NCBI GenBank assembly: GCA_035285545.1
Contig: JAYKGY010000075.1
Location: 1-35,365 of the forward strand
Reading direction: 5' to 3'
DNA: 35,365 nt
DNA from: Snowella sp.
GTDB lineage: Bacteria > Cyanobacteriota > Cyanobacteriia > Cyanobacteriales > Microcystaceae
Numbering within the stretch: the stretch's first letter is position 1; each line of letters starts with the position of its first letter. Made by a program: the position numbers and the translations under genes. Below are positions 19,751-28,664 of this stretch, in pieces. The notes below the pieces were generated by a model, which was not told the DNA's origin, did not search any database, and saw only the letters and a program-made list of their open reading frames with translations.

Positions 19751-20926
19751 ATGACTATTGATAAAGACGTTAATCCATCAAAACGGCAGCAAAAAAAACA
19801 AAAACTTCTCATTGAAGGAGCAATTATTTTAGGTGCTGTCTTAATCTTTGCGGTGATTTTACCCTTAGTTCTTCCTGCTTTTCGTCTACGACTATTAGGA
19901 CGTTTTCTGTCCCTAACGATTGTGGCCTTAGGAATTGATTTAATTTGGGGTTATACCGGGTTATTAAGCTTAGGTCATGGTATTTTCTTTGCTTTGGGGG
20001 GATATGCCTTAGCAATGTATTTAAATTTACAGTTGCCCCCTGGCCAATTACCGGAATTTTTCAGCCTCTATGGGGTGAGTGAATTACCCTGGATTTGGCA
20101 ACCTTTTTACTCTTTTCCTGTTACGATTTTGGCCTTGATAATTATTCCCGCTATCATCGCAGGATTTTTAGGGTATTTAATTTTCCGTAATCGCATTAAA
20201 GGGGTTTATTTTTCCATTTTGACCCAGGCCGCTTTGCTGGTTTTTTATAATTTTTTCAACGGTCAACAAAAATTAATTAATGGGACGAATGGTTTAAAAA
20301 CCGATACACAAACGTTTTTTGGGGTGTTGGCGAGTTCTCCCTCTGTTCAATTAGGTTTTTATGAAGCAACGGTTTTAGGCGTAATTTTGGTGTATTTACT
20401 TTGCCGTTGGTTTACAACCGGACGTTTTGGGCGATTATTGGTCGCCATTCGGGATGATGAGACTCGTGTTCGCTTTACGGGCTATGATCCTACGGGATTT
20501 AAGGTGTTGGTCTTTGCCATTTCGGGCGCGATCGCCGGAATTTCAGGAGCCTTATATACGGTACAAACGGGAATTATTACCCCTAGCGTTATGGAAGTGG
20601 CTTTTTCCATTGAAATGGTGATCTGGGTAGCGGTTGGGGGTCGAGCCACCTTAATTGGCGCAATTATCGGAACTTTATTAGTTCGACTCGGACAAAGTTC
20701 GTTGAGTGAACAGTTTCCTGAGGTGTGGCTCTTTTTCCAAGGCGCGTTATTCCTGATTGTGGTAACCGTTTTACCCAATGGTTTAGTGGGCTGGTTTAAA
20801 GAACAAGGCTTAGATCAATTGCGATCGCTCTTCGGAATGCGTCGTCGGGTGGCAACCTATCCCAGTTTAGAAGAAGACCCCGAAGTCAGGCGAGAACGGG
20901 AGGAACTGGAAAGAAATAATCCGTAA
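19751..20926 (+). CDS. urtC: Urea ABC transporter permease UrtC
   Basis: DLIWGYTGLLSLGHGIFFALGGY, RIKGVYFSILTQA, AIRDDETRVRF and SIEMVIWVAVGGR motifs. Confidence 0.94.
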   Translation: MTIDKDVNPSKRQQKKQKLLIEGAIILGAVLIFAVILPLVLPAFRLRLLGRFLSLTIVALGIDLIWGYTGLLSLGHGIFFALGGYALAMYLNLQLPPGQLPEFFSLYGVSELPWIWQPFYSFPVTILALIIIPAIIAGFLGYLIFRNRIKGVYFSILTQAALLVFYNFFNGQQKLINGTNGLKTDTQTFFGVLASSPSVQLGFYEATVLGVILVYLLCRWFTTGRFGRLLVAIRDDETRVRFTGYDPTGFKVLVFAISGAIAGISGALYTVQTGIITPSVMEVAFSIEMVIWVAVGGRATLIGAIIGTLLVRLGQSSLSEQFPEVWLFFQGALFLIVVTVLPNGLVGWFKEQGLDQLRSLFGMRRRVATYPSLEEDPEVRREREELERNNP

Positions 20927-21084
20927 GGAAAACTGCTATTGATGGAATTAATCCCCATCCAGTGGACCAATTGCCCCACGGTAAATCCCGATAGAAAATG
21001 GGCAATCCCCTTTCTGTATCATTTCTTTTTCTGCTGCTTTGCTGGATCTTTCTTCTGGCAAGGCTTTTAAGTTTTTTCTGCTTG

Positions 21085-21990
21085 TCATCCCCGCAGGCTA
21101 CAGGCTAAAGGAAAAAGAATATATTCCAGAAAAAAGAGTTTCCAAATAAATTGATAAAAACTCGCGATCGCTGCCTTACTATTCAGATCCACCTCTCGAC
21201 TCCGCCATCCCAATAAAATGAATAAAACCAGATGAAACCCAACAAAAAAAGGCGTATTAACCGACTTTAAAATAAAAATTCCTGCCAGGATCATGCCGAG
21301 ATAGCAAAGGGTAATAATCCAACGGGTGAGATTAAAAATCGCCTGTGACCCCCAAATGAGGGTAAAGGTTTGAATTTGGTATTTTTTATCCCCTTCTAGA
21401 TCAGGGACATCTTTAAAAACCGCGATCGCAATGGTAAAAATCAAAATAAACAAGGTCAAAATCCAGATTACCGCAGGAATAAAACGCTGTTGGGTGAATG
21501 TATCAGTAAATTGCAAATAAAGCCCAAGATTAACAATCACTCCCCGCACGGTTAGGATGCACAAAGCGGCCAAGAGGGGAAAACGCTTTAAACGGATGGG
21601 GGGAACCGAGTAAGCCGTCCCGATTAACAAACTGATGGCTACCGTTAACCAAACCCAAAAACCGACCCAGGCGGCCATAGAAATAGCAAAAACGCCGGTT
21701 AATCCGACAATCCATTGCCCTTGTTTCAGGGAAAACTGACCACTCGCCAAGGGTAAATCTGGCTTATTGATCTGATCGATTTCCACATCATAGAGTTGAT
21801 TCAAGCCCACAATATAGACATTTCCACAGAGACAGGCAAACCAAACACCGAAGAATACCCCTAAGTTTTCAAGATTGATAGTCGCTTGGGTCGTTGCGAT
21901 CGCAATAAAATACAGAGCGAAAATACTCAGGCTGGTTCCAAAAATCGTATGGGGACGAGAAAACTTCCAAAAACTTGCTAAATAAGCCAT
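21085..21990 (-). CDS. hpt: Homogentisate phytyltransferase (tocopherol biosynthesis, UbiA family)
   Basis: KFSRPHT, NVYIVGLNQLYDVEIDQINKPDLPLASG, KDVPDLEGD and FYQFIWKLFFLEY motifs. Confidence 0.93.
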   Translation of the reverse strand: MAYLASFWKFSRPHTIFGTSLSIFALYFIAIATTQATINLENLGVFFGVWFACLCGNVYIVGLNQLYDVEIDQINKPDLPLASGQFSLKQGQWIVGLTGVFAISMAAWVGFWVWLTVAISLLIGTAYSVPPIRLKRFPLLAALCILTVRGVIVNLGLYLQFTDTFTQQRFIPAVIWILTLFILIFTIAIAVFKDVPDLEGDKKYQIQTFTLIWGSQAIFNLTRWIITLCYLGMILAGIFILKSVNTPFFVGFHLVLFILLGWRSREVDLNSKAAIASFYQFIWKLFFLEYILFPLACSLRG

Positions 21991-22079
21991 TCACTAAAAT
22001 TTAAATTTCTGCTTTTTTAACCTGTTAAAGTTATACCAAATTCCATAAAATTCCAGATAAATCCGACTCCGAGCATCCT

Positions 22080-22658
22080 ATGAAGACCACCACCATTCAA
22101 CTGGAACCGGCGATCGCGCTGACCGAACACCAATTTTTCACCCTTTGTCAACAAAATCCTGACCTCAAATTTGAGCGTAGCCCTCAAGGAGAATTGATTA
22201 TTAGTCCCCCCACCGGCGGAGACACGGGACGCAAAAATGCAACCTTAATTGCCCGATTGGTCATTTGGAATGAAACCTATAACCTTGGTGTGGTTTTTGA
22301 CTCTTCGACCTGTTTTCGTTTACCTAATGGCGGCGATCGCTCCCCTGATGTTGCCTGGGTAAAACAAGACCGTTGGGACGCGCTGACCCTGGAACAACAA
22401 CGGAAATTTCCGCCCCTGTGTCCCGATTTCGTCTTGGAATTACTGTCTCCTAGCGATGATTTAGCTGTTACTCAAGCCAAGATGCAGGAATATCAAGCCG
22501 CAGGCACAAAACTAGGCTGGTTATTCAATCCGAAAAATCAACAGGTAGAAATCTATCGCTTAGGCGATCCCGTTGAAGTCCTTTCCAGTCCTGATTCTCT
22601 GTCGGGAGAAGAAATTTTACCCAATTTTGTGCTTAACCTGACTTGGCTTTGGCAATAG
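22080..22658 (+). CDS. Uma2 family (DUF820) putative endonuclease
   Basis: FDSSTCFRLPNG..RSPDVAW, CPDFVLELLSPSD, KMQEY and LGWL motifs. Confidence 0.92.
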   Translation: MKTTTIQLEPAIALTEHQFFTLCQQNPDLKFERSPQGELIISPPTGGDTGRKNATLIARLVIWNETYNLGVVFDSSTCFRLPNGGDRSPDVAWVKQDRWDALTLEQQRKFPPLCPDFVLELLSPSDDLAVTQAKMQEYQAAGTKLGWLFNPKNQQVEIYRLGDPVEVLSSPDSLSGEEILPNFVLNLTWLWQ

Positions 22659-22705
22659 CAGAGGCTAAAGCGACCCTGAATAGATTTTCGTAATTATTTT
22701 CGTAA

Positions 22706-23164
22706 CTAAAGGTTATGACATAAAACCCGCAGGTCTTCTTCATCAAAACTTTCGGGAATGCCACTGCGAATTAACTCAGAAAAGTCTTCATTGGGCACCA
22801 TAAAACAGAGGGCATATAGGCGATCGCTGCTGACATTGCGAATTTCATGAATACCGGTGGGGCGAACCAGCAGACTATCTCCCGCTTTTAACGGAATCGT
22901 TTTACCATCACAAACGGCTAATCCTTCTCCCTTAAGAATAAAAAACATCTCTACGGCAAAATGGTGACGATGGGTGGGGGTTCTGCCATAGGCATCAAAA
23001 ATTTCCACACAAACCGTTAAAGAATCATCGGCGGTCGTGGAATCAAAAATAATCGCTAGGCGATTGGTATCTTCTGGACTAATACGATAAACTGCATAAT
23101 CCGTAGGAGACTTACGGACAGGAATCATACAATGGGGCGTTAAACTAACCTGTTCGGAGAGCAT
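22706..23164 (-). CDS. Cupin domain protein
   Basis: TPTHRH..AVEMFFILKGEG and GDSLLV..TGIHEIRN metal-binding cupin motifs. Confidence 0.88.
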   Translation of the reverse strand: MLSEQVSLTPHCMIPVRKSPTDYAVYRISPEDTNRLAIIFDSTTADDSLTVCVEIFDAYGRTPTHRHHFAVEMFFILKGEGLAVCDGKTIPLKAGDSLLVRPTGIHEIRNVSSDRLYALCFMVPNEDFSELIRSGIPESFDEEDLRVLCHNL

Positions 23165-23227
23165 CGTCTATTTACTCAAGCTTGAGCCTTCATCCTCCAA
23201 TGATAGCGAGATTGTACGGGGAGAGGA

Positions 23228-24925
23228 TTAAATTGTTAATTCGGGGATCTGTCTGCGTTCTGAGGAATAACCATTGGTATCAAGCGGAGAAATTGGCCAG
23301 GTGAAATGAAAGATCGTTCCCGTCCCTAATTTAGATTCCAGTTCAATCTGTCCCCCAACGCGCTCAATAATTTTTTTGATAATCGCTAACCCAATTCCTG
23401 TGCCTTCCTGTTGTTTGGGATCATTGTAGGTTTGAAAAATTTCAAAAATTCGCTCCTGATATTCGGGCGGGATGCCTGGGCCATTATCAGCAACCGAAAA
23501 ACGATAGTCTTGAGCCTGGATCTGAGCGGTAATTTTGACCGCTTTGTCAGGACGATCATTGTATTTAATGGCGTTACCAATCAAATTTGTGAAGACTTGA
23601 CTGAGCATTAAGCGATTCGCCTTCAAGATTAGGGGATTCGGGGGCACCTTGACGGTGCAATGGGGAGGAATATTCAGTGAATCAATAATTTCTAGTAATA
23701 ATTCATTAAGAGAAAATTCAACGACCGTAACGCTTTGATAGCCACTCCGGGCATAGGTCAGTAAACCGTTGATTAAATTGTCCATTCGAGCAATCCGCGA
23801 TCGCAGTAATTGGAAATGGTGTTGGGTTTCTTGAGGAATTTGCTCTCCTAAATCTTCTTCGATCCATTGGGAAAGATTGGCAACAGCCCGCAGAGGAGCC
23901 TTCAGATCATGGGAAACAATATAAGAAAATCGATCTAATTCTTGATTGCGCTGGTGAACTAATTCGGTGGTCTGCATTAACTGGGTGTTGATTTCATTTA
24001 ATTGACGGGCTTGCTCTTGCAAAGTCACTTCTGCCATTTTTCGATCCGTGATCTCCTGTACCATCCCCATAACCCGAAAAGGCTCTCCCTCATAGTTATA
24101 GTAATAACGCCCATAGCTCACCATCCAATGTTCTGTGCCATCCTCCCAAGTAATTCGATATTCTTCTGAAAAATTAGAATGATTGAGTTTGGCCTGTTGT
24201 ACTGCCGCCTCCACTCTGCTTAAATCCTCTGTACGAATCCGTCGTATCCAATCTTCATAGGTGCGTTCGGGCGTTCCGGGTTCATCACCCCACAGAATTT
24301 CGTGATAATGACTCCAGGTAATTTTTTGGGTATTTAAATCCCAATCCCACGATCCCATCTGAGCCGCTTCCATTGCTAGGGCGGTTCGTTCGACATAATC
24401 CTGCACCTGATTCATGGATTGTTTGAGTTCTGCTGTGCGTTGAGCAACTTTGGCTTCAAGATCTCGGTTGAGTTCCCGTACTTGTTCTTCGGCTTGTTGG
24501 CGATCGCGAATTTGTTGCTCCAACTGTTGATTCATCAAAGTCAATTGAGTCGGACTCGGCAGAGCCAAAGCCAAAGGCATCAACTCAACGAGGGTAATCG
24601 CGGTATAAATGGAAATCAACGCCGTAATTGCCTTCAAAATTCCCGATAACCAATAAATCGGATACCAAAGCGTCCAAACCGCCATCAAATGAGTCGTGCC
24701 ACAAGAAATAATAAAAGCCCCAAACAGTAAAAAAATCCAATCAAAGGGTAAATCCTTACGCTTGTAAACAAAATAAACTAATGTTAACGGTATTGAATAA
24801 TAAGCCAACGCAATAAGCGAATCTGAGACAATATGCAGCCAAATCAATTCTGACTGCCAAAGATAACAATGTCCATGAGGAATATAGGAACCAGTCGAAA
24901 AGATTTTTTCTAAAAGGTCTGACAT
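23228..24925 (-). CDS. Sensor histidine kinase with an ethylene-receptor-like membrane domain, coiled coil, PAS, HisKA and HATPase
   Basis: SDSLIALAYYSIP...FGAFIISCGTTH, then PAS (GSWDWDL...QEITDRK), H-box VSHDLKAPL, N-box NLIGNAIKY, DNGPGI and GTGIGL. Confidence 0.9.
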   Translation of the reverse strand: MSDLLEKIFSTGSYIPHGHCYLWQSELIWLHIVSDSLIALAYYSIPLTLVYFVYKRKDLPFDWIFLLFGAFIISCGTTHLMAVWTLWYPIYWLSGILKAITALISIYTAITLVELMPLALALPSPTQLTLMNQQLEQQIRDRQQAEEQVRELNRDLEAKVAQRTAELKQSMNQVQDYVERTALAMEAAQMGSWDWDLNTQKITWSHYHEILWGDEPGTPERTYEDWIRRIRTEDLSRVEAAVQQAKLNHSNFSEEYRITWEDGTEHWMVSYGRYYYNYEGEPFRVMGMVQEITDRKMAEVTLQEQARQLNEINTQLMQTTELVHQRNQELDRFSYIVSHDLKAPLRAVANLSQWIEEDLGEQIPQETQHHFQLLRSRIARMDNLINGLLTYARSGYQSVTVVEFSLNELLLEIIDSLNIPPHCTVKVPPNPLILKANRLMLSQVFTNLIGNAIKYNDRPDKAVKITAQIQAQDYRFSVADNGPGIPPEYQERIFEIFQTYNDPKQQEGTGIGLAIIKKIIERVGGQIELESKLGTGTIFHFTWPISPLDTNGYSSERRQIPELTI

Positions 24926-25147
24926 AGCATTTTGTTAAGCTGATGTTTACCATCTTAGTGAATCACTCCGTCGGCAGAGCAGTCTGCTAGCCTTACCCTT
25001 AAAGGCGTAAACACCTGACTGAGCCGTCAATCCGGTAGATATTTATCCCCTTCACTCTCTAGATAGAAATCAAGCCAAGGTTCTATGGAGTAAGGCGCAT
25101 TACCCTTTGCCTAATAGTCGTTGAATTTTGAAAAGGAGAATGGCGGA

Positions 25148-25804
25148 TTAGGTTCGCTCTCCAAATAAGGTTCGACCTAGACGAATCATGGTTGCACCCG
25201 CTGCGATCGCAGATAGATAATCATTAGACATTCCCATCGACAATTCTGTTAGCCTTAAGGAAGATTGCTGTTCAATTTGACGAGCTAGCTTTGCAGTTGA
25301 TTCAAACGCCGAAAGGATTTCATCGGGGGTTAACCCCAAGGGCAAAATTGTCATTAATCCCCGAATGGATACCGTTTGGCAGGCTTCTATTTCGGATAAA
25401 TGGGATAACAATTCAGAAATTTGCCAACCATATTTATTGGGATCGGGCAACATTTTGACCTGTAAGCAGATCTGGGGCGCAGTCGATAAATCTGCTGCTA
25501 AGCGGTCTAATCGTTGTAACAGGGCGAGGTTGTCAACGGAATGAATCCATTGAAAATTTTCTAAGGTTTTTTTCGCTTTGTTGGTTTGTAAATGCCCAAT
25601 GAAGTGCCAGCAAATATCGGGGAGATCCGCCAGTTCTTCTTGCTTGCTAAGGGCTTCTTGAAGACGATTCTCGCCAAAATCTCTGATCCCTGCCGCATAA
25701 GCTTCTCGTATTTTGGCAACGGAGACTTGTTTACTAATCGCAATTAAACGAACAGACGGCGGAATTTCTTGACGGATAGATTCAATACGTTGGGCAATAG
25801 ACAT
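25148..25804 (-). CDS. pipY: PLP-binding protein PipY (YggS/PROSC family); track start 25819, likelier start 25804
   Basis: LIAISK, DFGENRLQE, WHFIGHLQTNK, LSMGMSNDY and GATMIRLG motifs; directly downstream of pipX. Confidence 0.93.
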   Translation of the reverse strand: MSIAQRIESIRQEIPPSVRLIAISKQVSVAKIREAYAAGIRDFGENRLQEALSKQEELADLPDICWHFIGHLQTNKAKKTLENFQWIHSVDNLALLQRLDRLAADLSTAPQICLQVKMLPDPNKYGWQISELLSHLSEIEACQTVSIRGLMTILPLGLTPDEILSAFESTAKLARQIEQQSSLRLTELSMGMSNDYLSAIAAGATMIRLGRTLFGERT

Positions 25805-25885
25805 ATAAACATCAAGCAAGCACTAATTTTTGATTTCCAGTCAGTTAAGTCCGTTGAATAGGGCGAGATTCCCTTCTTCAGGGTT

Positions 25886-26155
25886 TTACTGAAACGTTTG
25901 TTGATAGAGTTGCTGCAATGATTGAAAATTAACATTATCCCCCATCCGTCGTAGGTGGCGGAGGCGATTTTCGATTAAGAGTTTAGCGTCAGCCCGTGTA
26001 ATCGGCTCAAAGCTGATGTTATTTGCGGTTACGGCGACCAAGAAAAATAAACGCTGAGCATAGAGAGTCGTAAAAATTTCCTGGCTTTCTTCTAAAAGAC
26101 AAACACGATACAATAATCCAAATGTAGGGTGATTGAGATAGATTTCTTTATTCAT
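25886..26155 (-). CDS. pipX: PII/NtcA-interacting protein PipX
   Basis: 89 aa with EIYLNHPTFGLLYRVC and FTTLYAQRLFFLV. Confidence 0.96.
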   Translation of the reverse strand: MNKEIYLNHPTFGLLYRVCLLEESQEIFTTLYAQRLFFLVAVTANNISFEPITRADAKLLIENRLRHLRRMGDNVNFQSLQQLYQQTFQ

Positions 26156-26556
26156 TTAACGTCGAGAGATAAAGAGCATCTCTAAAGAAAATAACCATAT
26201 ATTAAGCAGACTACTATGCCATCTTATCTTGTTTAGGGGTCAGGATTCTCAAGTCTATTAAGATAGGTCTATAGCCCAGTAGGGGATAATGCGATTTTTA
26301 AGTCCATGAGATATCTAACAGGAGTCAAGAAGCCAGTTTCAGCCTAAATCTTGATCAGGCAGAGGGATTAGGTCGTCAGACTAGAAGGAACTTAAGTTGA
26401 TTATTTATCGGGGTTTGTAGTCGGGGATGACGGGTCAAATTGCCCCAAGAGGATTCTCAAGATTTTTGAAAAAAGATAAACTTTCTCTGAGTCATCGAGA
26501 AATCCGTTGTCGCCCAGTATTCTCGAATCACTCACTTATTCTTTAAGTTAATAATA

Positions 26557-27603
26557 ATGCAACGTCAACCGAAGTCTTTTACCGCCCAAACCGTAACCCT
26601 CTCCCATGGCAGTGGGGGCAGTGCGATGCGGGATCTCATTCACCATATTTTTGTCGAAACCTTTGATAATCCTGTTCTAGCTCTCCTCGAAGATCAAGCC
26701 CGTTTCGATTTAGCCAGTTTGCAAGCCCTCGGCGATCGCTTAGCCTTTACGACTGATTCCTATGTGATTGATCCGCTCTTTTTTCCTGGGGGCGATATTG
26801 GGGAATTAGCCGTTAATGGAACGGTGAATGATCTGGCTGTCAGTGGGGCAACGCCCTTGTATTTAACCTGTAGCGTCATCTTAGAAGAAGGTTTAAGTAT
26901 AGACACGCTGCGAAAAATTGCCCAAAGTATGAAACAGGCAGCAATCCAGGCAGGGGTGCAAATCGTGACAGGTGACACTAAAGTTGTTCCTCGTGGCGCA
27001 GCCGATAAATTATTTATCAATACGGCAGGAATTGGGGTGATCCGTGCGGGGGTTTCACCTGAAGCCAGACGCATTGAAGCGGGGGATGTGATTTTAGTTA
27101 ATGGAACCTTGGGAGATCACGGGGCTGCGATTTTAGTCGCTAGGGAAGGACTCGGAATCACAACTACGATTAAAAGCGATTGCCAGCCCTTAAACGGTTT
27201 GATTGATGCCATTCTGCAAGTCTGTCCCAAAGTGAAAGCCATGCGGGATGCCACTCGTGGGGGATTGGTGACGGTTTTAAATGAATTTGCCCAAAGTGCA
27301 AAGGTCGGGATTCGCTTACAGGAATCGGCTTTACCTGTTCAAACAGAAGTGATGGGATTATGTGAACTTTTGGGTCTTGATCCGCTTTATTTAGCCAATG
27401 AAGGGAAATTGGTGGTCGTTGTACCGCGATCGCAGGCTGAAACCGTTTTATCGGTCATGCAAAATCATCCAACGGGAAAGGACAGTCAAATTATTGGAGA
27501 AGTCATTGAAAATCCTGCGGGGATTGTGTTGCTAAAAACCGCCTTTGGAACCGAACGAATTTTAGATAGGTTAAGTGGCGATCAACTTCCCCGCATTTGT
27601 TGA
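26557..27603 (+). CDS. hypE: Hydrogenase maturation protein HypE
   Basis: LSHGSGG, FTTDSYV, GTVNDLAVSGA, GDTKVV, RDATRGG and the C-terminal PRIC. Confidence 0.96.
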   Translation: MQRQPKSFTAQTVTLSHGSGGSAMRDLIHHIFVETFDNPVLALLEDQARFDLASLQALGDRLAFTTDSYVIDPLFFPGGDIGELAVNGTVNDLAVSGATPLYLTCSVILEEGLSIDTLRKIAQSMKQAAIQAGVQIVTGDTKVVPRGAADKLFINTAGIGVIRAGVSPEARRIEAGDVILVNGTLGDHGAAILVAREGLGITTTIKSDCQPLNGLIDAILQVCPKVKAMRDATRGGLVTVLNEFAQSAKVGIRLQESALPVQTEVMGLCELLGLDPLYLANEGKLVVVVPRSQAETVLSVMQNHPTGKDSQIIGEVIENPAGIVLLKTAFGTERILDRLSGDQLPRIC

Positions 27604-27630
27604 CGTAAAATCCGAGAAATGGTCAGAAAA

Positions 27631-27663
27631 AAAGGTAGCAAGTATTAAACTCAATCTACCTTT
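27631..27663. terminator. Possible bidirectional terminator between the convergent hypE and L,D-transpeptidase genes
   Basis: Inverted repeat aaaggtag...ctaccttt flanked by A and T runs. Confidence 0.4.
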
Positions 27664-27696
27664 AAAATTCTTGGAAAGCTAACTATTTTTACTCAA

Positions 27697-28551
27697 TTAT
27701 TGAGCAACAACCAGCACGGGGGTTCCCACTTCAACAATTTCAAATAACGCTTTTACATCTGAGTTTCTCATCCGTACACACCCATGAGAGACGGCTTGCC
27801 CTAAAAGATTTTCTCTGGCTTTAGGGGTTCCATGAAAACCAATGGCATTTCTGGTTTTTGCATCTTTTGTAAAGCCGATCCAGCGTTCTCCAATCGGGCC
27901 ATTCGGGCCAGAGGGGACAATTTTTCCATTCCAAGGGTTTTCCCAAACCGGATCTTGCACCATTTCAATGACAGTGAACTTTCCGGTAGGGGTTTCCCAG
28001 CCTTTTTTGCCGATCGCGACTGGATAGCTTACCAAAACCTTGTCATTGTGATAAACATGCACTTTACGCTGTTTTAAATTCAAAATTAATTTAGTCGCTA
28101 AAACTTTGTTATTCGTTACGGCTGCCGTTTTATTGCTTGTTGGGGGTTGAGGGGTCGTAGCGGCTGGCGTTTGGGCAGGAGTCGTTGGATTGGTGGTATT
28201 CAGAACCGTAGGAGGGGTCGGAACAGTAGCAGGGGGTGTCGTTGCTGTTGGGCTAGGAGGGGTCGGAGCGGTCGGAACAGTCGTAGGCGTGACTGTCGCT
28301 GTTGGAGTTTGGACAGGAGCCGTTGTATTGGTTACGGAAGGTTGGGCGGGAACGGCTTTCGGCGTTTGGGTTTTGGTTGTTTTTGCCGTCGGAATAATGG
28401 GGTTGCTGATAGAAGGCTGAGGGGACGCGATTGCCTGAGTTGATAGGGTTAATAAAGAGACAGTTGCACTGCAACACACCACAGATAATTTGGAAAATAA
28501 GGGTTTCATCATCATCCTCAATCTAAAACTTGATAACAAACTAGGGAGCAA
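27697..28551 (-). CDS. L,D-transpeptidase (YkuD family) with a signal peptide and a Pro/Thr-rich linker
   Basis: YPVAIGK..TPTG and IGFHGT...SHGCVRM catalytic motifs. The true start may be at MMMKPL. Confidence 0.9.
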   Translation of the reverse strand: MLPSLLSSFRLRMMMKPLFSKLSVVCCSATVSLLTLSTQAIASPQPSISNPIIPTAKTTKTQTPKAVPAQPSVTNTTAPVQTPTATVTPTTVPTAPTPPSPTATTPPATVPTPPTVLNTTNPTTPAQTPAATTPQPPTSNKTAAVTNNKVLATKLILNLKQRKVHVYHNDKVLVSYPVAIGKKGWETPTGKFTVIEMVQDPVWENPWNGKIVPSGPNGPIGERWIGFTKDAKTRNAIGFHGTPKARENLLGQAVSHGCVRMRNSDVKALFEIVEVGTPVLVVAQ

Positions 28552-28664
28552 TCATGAAAGCTCTTATGGCTAGCTTTTCGGTATACTTACCTTATAGTTG
28601 TAATATTTTAGCGGATTGTTTCCAAAATCAGGAATCAGGATCATTCTGTCATTAATACTTGACA

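Noticed and set aside
22080..22658. Uma2 nuclease as a novel defence gene
   Set aside because: The family is highly expanded and scattered in cyanobacterial genomes, and this copy is solitary among core genes.
24976..24991. agagcagtctgctagc resembles the tRNA-fMet D-arm (15 of 16 bases)
   Set aside because: No anticodon arm, T-arm or acceptor stem around it; probably chance.
26557..27603. Solitary hypE as unusual
   Set aside because: Scattered hyp genes are common in unicellular cyanobacteria.
28147..28477. Arg-rich and Val/Gly-rich alternative ORFs over the L,D-transpeptidase
   Set aside because: Shadow frames of the Pro/Thr-rich linker.
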